This document shows positions 13,175 to 25,899 of a DNA stretch of 64,000 nucleotides, piece after piece. Both the position numbers and the translations under genes were made by a program. Location of the stretch: contig OX597821.1 in assembly GCA_951406725.2 (NCBI GenBank), forward strand, positions 55,428,001 to 55,492,000. The letters run 5' to 3'. The notes under the pieces were generated by a model. It saw only the letters and a program-made list of their open reading frames with translations, made no database searches and was not told the DNA's origin. This DNA comes from Octopus vulgaris. Taxonomy: Eukaryota. The stretch's first letter is position 1. Each line of letters starts with the position of its first letter.

Positions 13175-16100
13175 ATGACCGTCAGCTTCGCAAGTCAGAC
13201 TTGACCTCACTCCGAAATTTTATCGGTGAAACCAAGGATAGCAAATTATTTTCTACTGATAGGTGAGTCGTGACTTTCGCTTCTTGTGTTGTCCCTCAGT
13301 CTTGGGGAAAATCTCGACTTAATTTAGTATTGCAAAAAGTTTACGATTTTCCGAGGAGAAAATTTCATTCGACTCAATGACGATCGTAAGAGAGGGGAAG
13401 AGTGTGAGGATCATCATCAAGCTGTGGTGAAAGGAGGAGTGAGCGCGACTACTATGTCGTTCCATTGGCAAAACAGAATATAAGCCTGTTTTTAACACGA
13501 GAGACGTTGACATTCTTTACAAGGTAGAATATTTCAACAGAAAATTCTTAAAAACTAATTCTATCAACAACAACTGCAGCGACAACAACAAAAACACCCA
13601 GTTTGAAGTGGAAAAGAGTAGAAAAAGTGTGGAAGCCAGCAACAAGAACAATAGCAGCAACAGTTACATCAATAACAACAATAATGCATTCCGGGAGAAA
13701 CAGGAGAAAATTCTTAACGTCCTACAATAGTATAAACAAACAACATCAGTCGCAACAACAACAACAAATCTAATGCACTTTTCACCAAAATTCCTGAACA
13801 GAGATGTGAAGGAGAACACTCCTTCAACAGTTATTTTGATAAAGATTTCCGAAAATACCTGATAAAACCAAATCTTGTTTTATCTCCTTTCCAAAAGATC
13901 AGATTATAAAAAGGACATCTACAGTTATCTTAATAAGAAGACCAGGTGGATCAAAACTCCGACTCTAGCACAGGCACAAAAACGTCTGAAAGATGTTTGG
14001 GGTTCGATTTGGCATGCCAGGAAAACTTGAGAATTTGTATCTCTCGTTATTATTTGTCACAGCAAAGAGGCAGCGCGAAAGATGGCCTTGCACACTTGCT
14101 CCTCCGATGAATAGATTTTCATCCCATCTTTTCTGGGGATATGAGTAAATAAGGCTAGTCTTTGGAATTTGACACCAGCCATTAACATCCAGTATTCTGG
14201 GATAATACTTTGAAATCCGGCTTGAAAGAATGTATGTCAGTGGTTCGAGTGGAAAAGGAAATGCTGCTGATTGTAGAAAAGCTGTGTAGGTTCCATGTAG
14301 AAAAGCTGTATATGTTTACATAACAGGCGTTGAGCCCAGGAGAGCTGTGATTGAGAGTAAAGAAACTAGGTAATACACCTGTAACAGTACAACTCACTAA
14401 AAGGTTTTCTGCCCTAAATTAAAGAAACCACGCTTGTTGACAACTCCACGGCCGCATCTAGAACAACCCCATGATCAGTTCAGGATCTCTACACCGAAAC
14501 TTTGGTAACAGAAAAGTTTGGTCCCTTCTCCCACTAACGAGCAAGCTCTTCTTAAACTTCTGCTCAGCAAACAGAATACTATCTCAAATTCCGCTTTCGG
14601 CCAGATTTCGCCATCTACCATCAATTCCTTGGGAGATTACTTGTAGAAGAACGATCAGGCTTAAAGATGACAAACAGTCGCCAAAGGATCAAAGAGAAAA
14701 AGAATGAGGATACAGATCCCCATTCTGAGAGCTCAACAAAAGTAACTACAAACACAAAAACACCATCTTCGGCCCGCTTCCCAACTACTCCAACAACAGC
14801 AATCTCGTCAACAACAAAAAGAATAGCAGCAGCAACGTCAACAATAACAGCAAAACCAACAATTAGAGCAACATCAACATTGACTACAATAATAATAACA
14901 ACAACAACAGCAGCAATACCAGCAACATAAAAAATAACAACAACAACATCAACGACAACGCCATCAACAAAAGCAAGTAAACACTAATCAAAACTACAAT
15001 GTTGAAATGAAAATTTAAAATCTACAGAAAATCATCAATTTTAACGTGAATAAAAGCAAGCGTTAGTTGATGGATGAGAATAAACATAAAAACAAAATAG
15101 AAGGCGAGGAATTTGAGAATTTCACTCTCAAACTCCCGAAAGACAAACTTTCAATTTGAACGTCTTCGGATTTTACAGAACAATACGGGAAAAATTAACA
15201 GCTAATGTGGGGATTATAAAAAGAAACTATCGATAAAAGACTATTAGAAAGACCGTCTAAAAAACATTCGCCTGAAGAGGAGTCCGGAATACGCGGACTC
15301 CTCGAAAATCAAGGTGAGTGATCTCTCTTATTTTGTTTCTCCGACTAACGAACAGGCATGCACTGAAAGTGATATAAGTGAATGTGCGTGGCCTGGGTTC
15401 GGTTTCGAAGCAGAAACAATTTTGGGAACCTATTACACTTTGATACTAGTTGGGGAATGAGAATTATTTTGGACGCACGAAGGACTGTGTGGGACTAGTA
15501 CAAAACAGAAACAGGTGCAAAAGCCTTGGAAACCTGTTCAGAAACTTCCAGCTGTCGGACAGATATCGACTGGATTTCGCAGATGTACTAGTGTGGACAT
15601 GTAGCAAACAAAACGCGTCATTTACATCGTATTTTTATGTCAGTGGATAGGGTAAGCGTAGATTGTCCACAATTGAAATCGGTCAGCTACGTAGACAACA
15701 AATTTGTGATCTGCACAGACGATTAGATAGGACCTGTAAACATAAACCCGGTTACTGGAAGGCGAACGCCTCCCTCCCAGCACGCAATGACTATGCTAAC
15801 CGGATTAGTGAACTAGTTAAGCGCAGACGAGAGTAATCGTCAACAACCGGTGGTGGATCACCCTGAAGAGAGCTATTATAATAGAATCGATAGCGTTTAC
15901 CAAAAGATTGACAATAGAAAACAATAGATTAGAGGTTAGCAAACGAGAAGAGGCGATTCGATCAGCAAAAGCATTGAGACCTTTGTGCTACGGCGAAAAT
16001 GGCTCTCGATCATTTCTTCGGGACGAAACACGAAAGCTGTGTTGTGAAAGTAAAGTCCTGTGATCTAAAACACAAGGTGAGTAAAGCCGTTCGATTGACT

Positions 16101-17025
16101 TAGACAGTGGAGGCGTATTGTGGCAACAAAACCACGATCAGGTCTTATATAGATCGGGACAGGCACATGCTACGAGGTTCTAAACAGATAACTGCGGCTT
16201 TCCGGAAGCCTTTCATGGGGCTGTTTTGGGAGGGTGATTAGTCGACGATGGTAGCGGACTTTAGTTCGTATGTGAACGGCCTACTGCGAAATTTAGTGAA
16301 AGGCTGATAACGGCTGCTGAAACATCGGAAGCGATGAGCAATTGCATAAGCCGATAATCGCTACCTTATGAATTCTGAGTTCGTGCTAGATTAGTTTGGC
16401 GGCGTCTTGGCAGACGATTATTGTAACTGGCAATAGAACAAAAAAAAATTCTAGTGCTATTAGCTGGAGTGTTTTAACGCTGATGAGGAAGGACACCGAA
16501 ATTGGGAAATTGCTTGAGAATTTTCGGCCAGTAACTCTGCTAAAAACAGACAATAAAATTTTGGCTAATGTGTTAGCGAAACACATGACCCTTGCCATCG
16601 GTAATTTGTTCGGGGAAGCGCAAACTTATGCAATCCCGAACAGGTCTATCCCCGACATCCTATACTTTATGTGATACAACATAGCGAGGGCTGGGACTAA
16701 AGTTGGCTTTATTGGGCCCTGGTCAATTTGTATCAATCCAAAGTGTTAGATAGAGTCGACCATCTTTGCTTGGAAGCCATCTTTAAATGCGTTTTCAGCG
16801 GCTAGATCGCTGCAATGTTCAGCGGCAGCTGCTCGCTGATCAAAGTAAACGGCCACTAGTTGCAATCGTTTTGCATTGCATGCTCAGTCGGTCGCGGCTG
16901 CTCACTGTCGCCTCTCCTGTACCAGCTGGGTCTCGAATCACCGCTGTGGAAGGTGGAAAAGTCGAGGGGCAACCCTTTCGAACTTAGACACGAGAGTGCA
17001 ATGACGGTGTATGCAGATTATATAT
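13175..17025 (+). mobile_element. Tx1/L1-clade LINE remnant (ORF1 remains, APE, RT truncated at the YADD motif)
   Basis: VNVRGLGS (APE) near 15378; ENFRPVTLLKTDNKILA..QTYAIPNRSI; LDRVDH; VYADY at ~17008. Confidence 0.8.
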
Positions 17026-17344
17026 AAACGCGTACTTTATGTCTGTCTTTGTATATTTTCTCTTATATTTCGTCCGCTCTGTCTCATTGACGGATTTACA
17101 GTCCTGGATTAAACGTAGATCGAAAAAGGGTGCTGTCATTTGAAGTATTGGCAAGTGTTCACTTCCCTCTGCCAGATGGGCAATGCGGTCGTTTGAAGTC
17201 CCACATTAGAGTTTTATAGGGTGGTATTGAGCAGAATATTTACTGTAGCCCATATTTTATACCATGACAAACGAATGTACATAACACTTCCAATCAGTTA
17301 AGATCAAAAACCACGAAAGCCGCTACCTGGTACTGCATCAGGGC

Positions 17345-17348
<4 letters not shown>
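17025..17348 (-). mobile_element. Probable 5' end (UTR plus ORF start) of an R4/Dong-like element
   Basis: Starts after (AAT)n with AAATGCCCTGATGCAGTACCAGG, shared with the 555-bp element, then diverges into an RTK.....YAF-like reading (inferred R4 N-terminus). Confidence 0.5.
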
Positions 17349-17408
<60 letters not shown>

Positions 17409-17962
17409 GAGTGAGAGAGCAGTTCATGCCATCAAAGTGACACTGGGGTAAAATATACGAAGCCCAATATACCCATCATGACTACCCGTCTGATAAAGGT
17501 ACACCAGGCACATGCATCACAACCATATGTGCGCGACATGGTGATCTCATATCAAGATAAACAGCACATGGCCTTGCAGGTGGGGCTCAGTTAGAATTTT
17601 CTTCAGGTTGAGTAGCCCATCCCGCTCAAAAGGTCCCTGAATAAGGGTTGTTTAAGGATGTTGAAAGAACAACCCATGTTTCCAGAGGTGAATTATTCAA
17701 ACCCCAAAGAATCCCTCTCAACACATGGCTATGATGCTCCCCCACTACTCCTGCTCGTGATCAGAGATGCACATATCGTCAGCCACTAAGGGACATGCTC
17801 AACTGGTTATGGTCAAACAACTGACAAGCAAATCTGTGGTATTGAGCAGAATATTTGCTGTAGCCCATCTTTTATACCAAGACAAAACAATGTACATGAT
17901 AACACTTCCAATCAGTTAAGATCAGAAGCCATGAGAGCCACTGCCTGGTACTGTATCAGGGC

Positions 17963-17966
<4 letters not shown>
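17409..17966 (-). mobile_element. ~558-bp non-autonomous element flanked by (TAA)n
   Basis: Colinear second copy at 51015-51557; no ORF; TAA runs on both sides. Confidence 0.85.
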
Positions 17967-18004
<38 letters not shown>

Positions 18005-18077
18005 CATTATTATTATGATTATTATCACCATCATCATTATTATTATAATTATTATTATTATTATTATTATTATTACT

Positions 18078-18348
18078 TTTTTTTTTCTTCTTTCAAATTT
18101 TCTTCCATTTCTTGCTGAGTGTCTTCCCGACTCCCAGGGCAAAGAAACTCATAGTGTATATTGGTAGGCCATTAAACCAAACTCAGTAGTTCGTTCATTT
18201 TTTTTTTTTTTTTTTTTAAGTTAAATTAAAATACATGAGCAGCAACAGTTCTCACATCGACAATGCTCTTCTCAATACGTGTGATGTACCAGTTAAGACA
18301 ATCTTTTGCACTTCTTGCAGGGATGGTAAGCCAGGGATCATTCTCATA
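18078..18348 (-). mobile_element. R4/Dong-like 3' terminal fragment
   Basis: MIPGLPSLQEVQKIVLTGTSHVLRRALSM* plus 3' UTR, between TAA arrays. Confidence 0.85.
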
Positions 18349-18409
18349 TAATAATAATTATTATTATTATTATTATCATTATTATTATTATTAATACTGT
18401 TGTTGTTGT

Positions 18410-18450
<41 letters not shown>

Positions 18451-18757
18451 TCATTATCATGATCATTATCATCATCATCATTTTCTCTGTACTGTCAGTG
18501 ATTACTGGAGAGCTATATGTAAGTTTGCTGCTTATGCGTCCATTTAAAGATTTTTTATTACTAATTATCTACGCTTCGCGCGGTTGTCTGGGTCTTTTAT
18601 TTCCTGCTTCTTTGAAACTAAAATTCAAGAGGAAAACCTTTTCAAATTTAATTTCCAAAGTTATTAATGTAAAAATATGGCGTCTTCCGTAAGCAACTAA
18701 ATAGAAAATAAGGAGGAAGTGATGTTTTGAGAGTAGTGTGAAACCAGTTTCAAGGTC

Positions 18758-19208
18758 GGATCTTTTCGGTTTGAACGGCAGTTTTTAACATAATTTCTAG
18801 GTAACTAAAAAATTTTAAACTTCGTATACTGGTAGAATGTGTTTATAAAACATTTTTTTCTCTTGGCGTTATTGAGAAAATTCTATAATTTATAAGATAT
18901 TTGTTGTTTTTTTCTTCAATTTCTGCAATTTCAACCAATCACTGACGTCCATTGAGGTAAACATCATTCTGTGCCGTATGAATATGTCCCTCGTTTAAGA
19001 AACAGACTGGGTTTATTTACATTTGTGAAGAAAAAAGATACCCTTCCCCCACCCCTAACCATAACCCTAACTAACCCTAACTAACCCGAGCTAACCCTAA
19101 TCCTAAAATAGATTGAAATGCAATAGATCGATACTAGGGTCATAATTATTGGTGACAATTTCATATGACACCGCTAGAAAAAAACTGCCGTTCAAACCGA
19201 ATAGATCC
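18758..19208. mobile_element. Non-autonomous DNA transposon with 29-bp TIRs and internal degenerate (CCCTAA)n
   Basis: GGATCTTTTCGGTTTGAACGGCAGTTTTT / AAAAACTGCCGTTCAAACCGAATAGATCC (1 mismatch); TC on both flanks. Confidence 0.9.
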
Positions 19209-19807
19209 TCTAGCTCTCTTCCCAGCAGTTAGCCGATGAATGAGGCTGTTATCACTTTCGAAGTTCAATGCGTTACATAACTATCATCGTCAGCGCGAAG
19301 TGTAGTAAGAAAGGTAATGATGAGGACAACAAAAATAGCATGCCGAACTACGAGAGCTCTTCACCACTACACCAACGCCGCAAATAAGAAAAAGAGGAAA
19401 AAATAACAAAAAAAAATGAAGTAGTGGGAACTCCATTATTGTCACCGGCAATATCACCGCTTCCACAATAAAAGGAAACAACAGCAGAAGCAGTAAGAAA
19501 AATGGGTATGACAAGACACGCAAAGATCTGTATGGTGACATTGAAAGCACAACCGTCAAGAACACCGTCACTCAGGGTTTTTTCGCAATGACTATTCGTG
19601 CTTGCGAGGAGAATGCCATGATCACTAGATCGTGTGTTCGACTCCAGCACCCGGCAACGCGTTGTGTTCTTCCTCCCTTTCGATCAGCAAGAAGGAATGT
19701 TAATCTGCGCACCTTGCCAGAGAAGTGGCGTCATTCGAAGACTAAAACAATGCAAAAGCGCTTTATGACCAGCGATGGTTGACATCTGATAGTCTGGTCG
19801 GTCACGT

Positions 19808-19854
<47 letters not shown>

Positions 19855-20899
19855 AGGCACACGGATACATACATACAAAAACATGCCGAAAAGCAGCAGT
19901 AAATGTATAGGAGTTGTATATATAATTACATTATAGAATCAAGTTTTGTCTTTATATTTGTTTCATATCATCCATGACTGGTGCTCTAAATATACATATT
20001 ATGCAATGAAGTTCAAAACAATTGTAGATGCGATGACAGGCACGGATTTTCAGAGATTCGTGGGGTGAAAACACGTTATACCTAGCAGACAACACTAGCA
20101 AATAGCTGAGTAATGAACGTTTATGAGTATATGTTCAATAAAATTACCAAGATGAGAAGTGTAGAGGAGCGTTTATAGCGAAAATTATAAATGTAATGAG
20201 GGAGGAGAGGAGGGAGAAGGGTGAAGTGGCTGATGTACAGTTATCAGTTAGTAGCACAAGAAATAAAAAATCAGCTATAAATTTAAAAGCTAGACAAAAT
20301 GGTTACGCAGGCTAGATCAAAGAAAGCCTGCTCTTTAACAACAGAAAAGAATTAAGAGTGAGACAGATATGTGGTTAGGCGCAGCGATTTCGGAAACGTA
20401 TGGCAGATGCGTAGCAGACCATAAATCATAGTAGACCGGGAATAAGTAAGAAGAAAAAACAATAAAAAAATTTAAATGATGGAAAATCTGCTAACAGGGT
20501 ATAGAAAAGAACATTGTAAAGTGCATCTGCCATTTTGAGTATAAAAGGTTAGTTATATGTTAGGTAGGAGATATGTTGGCACATTACTAAGAGAAGAGAG
20601 GGTAAGCAGAGATACTAGTTGGTGTATACAAAAGTTGAGAACATTCCTAAATGTAAGCAGGTATAACAGTTTAAAATATTAATGTTAAGGAAGAAGTATA
20701 AGAGCGATGAAGTTGTGCTTAATAGAAATGTTTTATTATTTCGGTCAATGACAATGATTTATGCAAAGTATATCGTTAAAACATGAGGTAATTGTATCTC
20801 AGAGAAGCGACAAATGATATCTTTATTCTCACGCAATATACCTACGACCCTGAAGTACTTGGAAAGCCTTCCACATTTGTTTAAACATTAAAATACATC

Positions 20900-21560
20900 A
20901 TCTCTTTCGAAAATAGCACAAAGTAACCAGTTTATTGAACGTTAAGTTAGATTTAAACCTTGATTTTGATACCCTTGATATAAGCATAATGAATCTTCAC
21001 AATATATTAATCCCTAATCTAATCACCTAATATCTGTTTTAAATAGTATCATGAAAGGTATTTTCATTTGGATCACCAACCTCTCTGCTAATGAGAATAT
21101 TCTCAATAACCACATCCCCTGTTACTTCTTTCTCACTCGTGGATTTTCGGAAATATCCTACAATCCCAACCATACACTGAAAAACAAGTTAAAATTATTG
21201 ATTCCACATCACAATAATTTTTCTACATCTAAATTTACCTTTGTGACTAGCCCAACAACACAGCCCACTTCTTCCTGTATCAAAAACATTTCTACTAAGT
21301 GTGAAAGGCTGTCTGCGTATATAAGGTGCACGTCTCGGTCGTCTCAGATTAGCAACCCGCACCTAACGTGTGGTACATACAATACGAAAAATAGAAGGCG
21401 CGAGATTTTATCGTCCACAAATCGTCAATTCTTCTTACAAAATAATTATTCCACAAAATACCACCCCCATTTTTAACACAACCATTCTCTTATTCCACCA
21501 CACTCAATCTTATCTATAAACGCTATTTCGAATCGATGAAAGCTTGGATCTCTACTAAGG
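20900..21560 (+). mobile_element. Penelope-like RT thumb remnant
   Basis: QYINP*SNHL..ITNLSANENILN matches the PLE motif YI...SNHP...R+S.LS. Confidence 0.6.
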
Positions 21561-21692
21561 ATGCGACATCTTTTGTATTTCAATTTCCAACTCTTTATAG
21601 TTTTTGAGTCAAATTCCTTTACAGATATATTTTTATCAGAGAGAACACTTACATCTATTAGTCTAGAAGTATTTGCTTGTAGACTAATAGAT

Positions 21693-21854
21693 CTTCTTCT
21701 TCTTCTTCTTCTTCTTCTTCTTCTTCTTCTTCTTCTTCTTCTTCTTCTTCTTCTTCTTCTTCTTTTTCTACTTCTTTTTCTTCTATTTCTTCTTTTTCTT
21801 CTTCTTCTTCTTCTTCTTCTTTTTCTTCTTCTTCTTCTTCTTCTTCTTCTTCTT

Positions 21855-21889
<35 letters not shown>

Positions 21890-21931
21890 TTCTTTTTCTT
21901 CTTCTTCTTCTTCTTCTTCTTCTTCTTCTTC

Positions 21932-21963
<32 letters not shown>

Positions 21964-22060
21964 CTTCTACTTTTTCTTCTTCTTCTTCTTCTTCTTCTTC
22001 TTCTCTTTTTCTTCTTCTTTACTTTTTCTTCTTCTTCTACTTTTTCTTCTTCTTTTTCTG
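21693..22060 (+). repeat. Long (CTT)n microsatellite
   Basis: Directly visible. Confidence 0.95.
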
Positions 22061-22540
22061 CTATTTTCCTCCGCTTCTATATAGTCCTGGCAACTGATCA
22101 AGCTTCTTCTACCCTTCCTGCTGAACAAGTACAGTCTATCGTTGTCACTCTCAGAGTGAAAGTATCTGTGTACTGTCAACATTTTTCTGGTCTGGGTATC
22201 CATTTTCATTTCTTTCTTTTGCCATTTTATAATTCCCCCTCCATACCGAAGTGATACTATCGCCCATGTATTAATTGATTTGATTTTATTCCGTCCAGTC
22301 AATTTCGAGTGCAGCACCAACCTCAGTGTTCGGAAATACTCCATCCTCAGCTGCTCCTTCCTTTCCTTTTCCTTTATCTCGTTGTACTCTAGTACACCAA
22401 GGTATTTGTATCCTTCCGTTTCAGTTTGCGTTATCAAGTCTCTATTTGATAATTCTATTTCTGCTAGGGATTGTATATGCTCCTTTTTAGGTATATTATT
22501 CCGCACTTCTTGAGTTCAAATTCCATGCAGTTTGCCATAC
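22061..22540 (-). mobile_element. R4/Dong-like internal fragment
   Basis: GYKYLGVLE..RNKIKSINTWA..LRYGGG..DRLY..GRRSL. Confidence 0.85.
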
Positions 22541-22896
22541 AGTTTCAAATTTCAGAATTTAGTTAAGTCTGCCAGTTCTTAGCACTGTGTAGTATTATTA
22601 AATGTTGTTAAGTTTCGACTTTAGCCTTGTACGTGAGATAATCATAAATGCGTGAGGGTTGTCGGGTGATAGAAGGAGGAAAAGTATCGATTTGGTGGTC
22701 ACGCAGTCAAATACCACCAGTGTGTGGATACGTTTAGAACACGGTGAGAATGAGATCACCAATGGTCTGCAGAGGTTAAATATGTGTTTACTACCACGAC
22801 GATCACTGAGTACAATGACCTTGGAAAGAACCAACTCACACTTTCTGTTTTACTTGCTGATAGAAAAATTATTAAGCCTAACGTATATTATATAAA

Positions 22897-23147
22897 AGTG
22901 TTTGTGTGTGTGTGTGTGTGTGTGTGTGGGTGTGTGTGTCTGTGTGCTTGTGTTTGTCCCTCCGTCAGCGATTCTTGACAACTAGTGGTGGTATGTTTAC
23001 GTCCCCGTAACATAATGGTTCAGCAAAAAAGAACCAATTGAATAAGTACTAGGCTTAAAACGGAAGTCTTGAGGTCGACTAAAACATTTCAGGGCGCGGT
23101 GCTCCAGCATGGTCTAGGTCAACTAAAACAAATAAATGAATAAAAGA
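22897..23147 (+). mobile_element. SINE family 2, 3' half with internal (TG)n
   Basis: TTTGTCCC..CTTGACAAC..TTTACGTCCCCGTAAC..GAATAAGTACTAGGCTT, shared with 63108-63310 and 60630-60870(-). Confidence 0.8.
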
Positions 23148-23164
23148 ACCAAGGACATTGTATG

Positions 23165-23198
<34 letters not shown>

Positions 23199-23344
23199 CA
23201 CACTGATTTACCATTTTTGTTTCTTTTTTATTGCTTTTGCTGTGACTTAGAGATTTTCGTAATTGTGAAGTGCGTAAATATTAACAGTTGCTTATCTCCT
23301 GGGTTTTGTTTATCAGTTCCGGGGTGTTTAGAGGATCTACATAT

Positions 23345-24760
23345 TTATTATTAATACACTAGTGCAAGCTAATTTAGTTCGCAGGCATTGTTTAATGATG
23401 ATGGGTAACAAGTCTCAAATCTCAAGGATTTCCTTTGCAGAATATTGCCTGGCGCTTTTCCGGCGGTTGACACTATGAGTTTCAGATCTAGTCTCTTTCA
23501 ATTTCTTATGTAGCATTCTCGGTGTTGTTTCAAGAGCACCAATTGTTACAGGAATAAATTCTTGCTTTGACTTCCACAGTCTTCTTAGCTCTATGGATGT
23601 ATATTTGTATTTCTTAACCGTTTCCGTTTCTTGTGTATCGATTCTGCTATAATAGAGCATTTCAAAATACATTGTCATGCACTGCTTGTTTAATTTGTCT
23701 TCTATAATCATGTTTAGTCTTCTTATCTCAGTAGTATGGTAAGTCTTTATGGAGAAGTCCTACAATATCTTGTAATTCGCATTTTGTATCACAGCCTCTG
23801 GTTTGTATTCATACCACTATTCTGTTGTTTAGAAGCCACATACTCGTCCAATATCCCAGTACTCTGTTGCCTACACAGTCATGTTTCCGCTTGCATTTCT
23901 TCAGTGTTAGTATACTGCACCCACTCAAAATGTGATTGATTCTGTCGTCTCCTTTCCTACAGATTCTAAATTTGTTGTCTGACTGGGTTTTGTTGCTCTT
24001 TGCTTTGATCAGATTTGTTCAAGGGGTGTTCCTGTGCAGTTATAATTAGCGTTTATGTGTCACACTTCAAGCTCTCGTCCGTCAACTTGAGCCAGCAATC
24101 ATTTCTGACATTCTCAATTTGTTGTGTAAATTGGCCAAGTAGTTCCATCATTTACCAGTTGTTTGCTCTGTTGTTTTTTCGTTTATCTTTGAATTCGGTT
24201 ACATTTTGAGTAATTCTGTCTGCCGTTAGTACTCTGTACAACATAAGTTTTCGTACCCAGTATTGCCGTATTGAAGTGTCATCCGTGTTTAATCTTATGC
24301 CTCCTTCCTTTCTTGGCGGGTAGAGTTGGTCGGTACAGCTTTCAGAGTGGAGTGTATAGTGAGTAGCTTTCTAATTCTTTAATCCAAGTTCTGTAGCTTG
24401 GCCATTGCCCATTTCAGAAAGGGAGCAGAGTATGTCAATACGGGCATAACATGCGTATTTTTAGCTTTAATGATGTTCCCTTTATTTGATGTTGTTTGGA
24501 GCATCTTCCTAATTTTCTTATACTTTTTAGTGACTCTCTCTCTCATGTCTCTTTCCGTTAACCTATCATCTTTCAGCAAACTTATGCATTTGTATCCCTT
24601 ATTATTTTACAGCGATCTAATGATGTTATCTTGTGGTAATTTGACGCCATCAGAGATCAACTCCTCTTCATAATTGGTACTGCGCACTTACTTACCCCAA
24701 ACAGCATTCCATTATCTTTAATAACTACTCTCACAGTTCCGATCAAAGAAACAGATCCTC
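23345..24760 (-). mobile_element. R4/Dong-like element, old and frameshifted
   Basis: PVLTYSA, KKYK..ELRRLWK..IPVTIGAL..ILEI*; short TAA tail. Confidence 0.8.
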
Positions 24761-25899
24761 AACGGAAAGATCTCTCTTCCTGTTTTTCAGAGGTATCTCC
24801 TACTACGTTACCCATTACACAGTCTACTATACGTTAAGAGCATTTCTGAAACAGAATTGACAGCTGTTCGTGGCGAGAGGTCTAATACCTTAGAGTGTCA
24901 ATTCTTGACTCGTCGTTGCAGGTAGTAAGATGACAGATTCTTATTGACCTTAACACCATACTGTTTGACAAGTTTCAAACTACAGCCAAAGTTGTTTCAA
25001 TAACAAATATACTTTAAATAAGTTTGACCATTACATAAATAACGTACTTTCTTGATTTACCACCACACGCCATTATAGAACTAAAGAGCATGCTAGGAAT
25101 ATCATCAAAATATTACTAAAATTACATTCTGCTATCTTGAAAATTGAGGGAGAGATATATTTAAAAGATAGCGTCTAAGAAATTCAATGACCCAAGGAAA
25201 GGCGGGTGATCATAGCTAGATCGTTATTTTAGCCAGAATTAGTAGATAAAAAAATGTTTGGTTATTAGTGCCAGAAAAAAATGTGGTTATTAGTACCTAA
25301 CATTTAAGCACCCTCCCCAACACCTAAGTGTACACAAATTTTCCTTCTTTCTCAATTCTAATTAAAGAACATATGGTAGATATTCTTTGTTTCATTTTTG
25401 AAGATCTAAGAACACTAGTCGCATTGTCTCACTTTTTCATCAAAAGATTTTTAAAACCTGTGGCGTAACCACTTTGTTTACTTGTCAGACCCACACACGC
25501 ACACACGTGCATACACACACACAACAACAACAATAACAACAGTAACAACAACACACACACAAACACAAATACGTACAGGTATCTGTACATATATACATAA
25601 AGCTACATTCTCTCTTTCGTTAGATTACAGAAGCCAAATGACTAAATCAAACCGAGTGAAAATCAAAATTACTGCAATGCGTGATCATTATATTTACTTT
25701 TATATGGAACAAGCGATCGATAAAAGAATTGGCAAGATGCAGGACCACATGTGTAGCAATAATTAATTTCATCCTTTAATGTTCGAATTTCTAACACGTA
25801 AAGTGCCGACATTTCTATTTATCCCCACGGATAATAAGTACCAGTCAAACTGTAATGGCAATACTTACCGGAATCTGTGGCTTTCTGCCAAAATAAGGC

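Noticed and set aside
17836-17966. U2 snRNA or hammerhead identity for the shared 5' module
   Set aside because: Only 7-8-nt matches to U2; CTGATGC/CTGATAC is not a CUGANGA core.
19290-19800. CpG-richer stretch with a ~120-codon open frame
   Set aside because: No recognisable domain or splice structure; probably an unclassified TE fragment.
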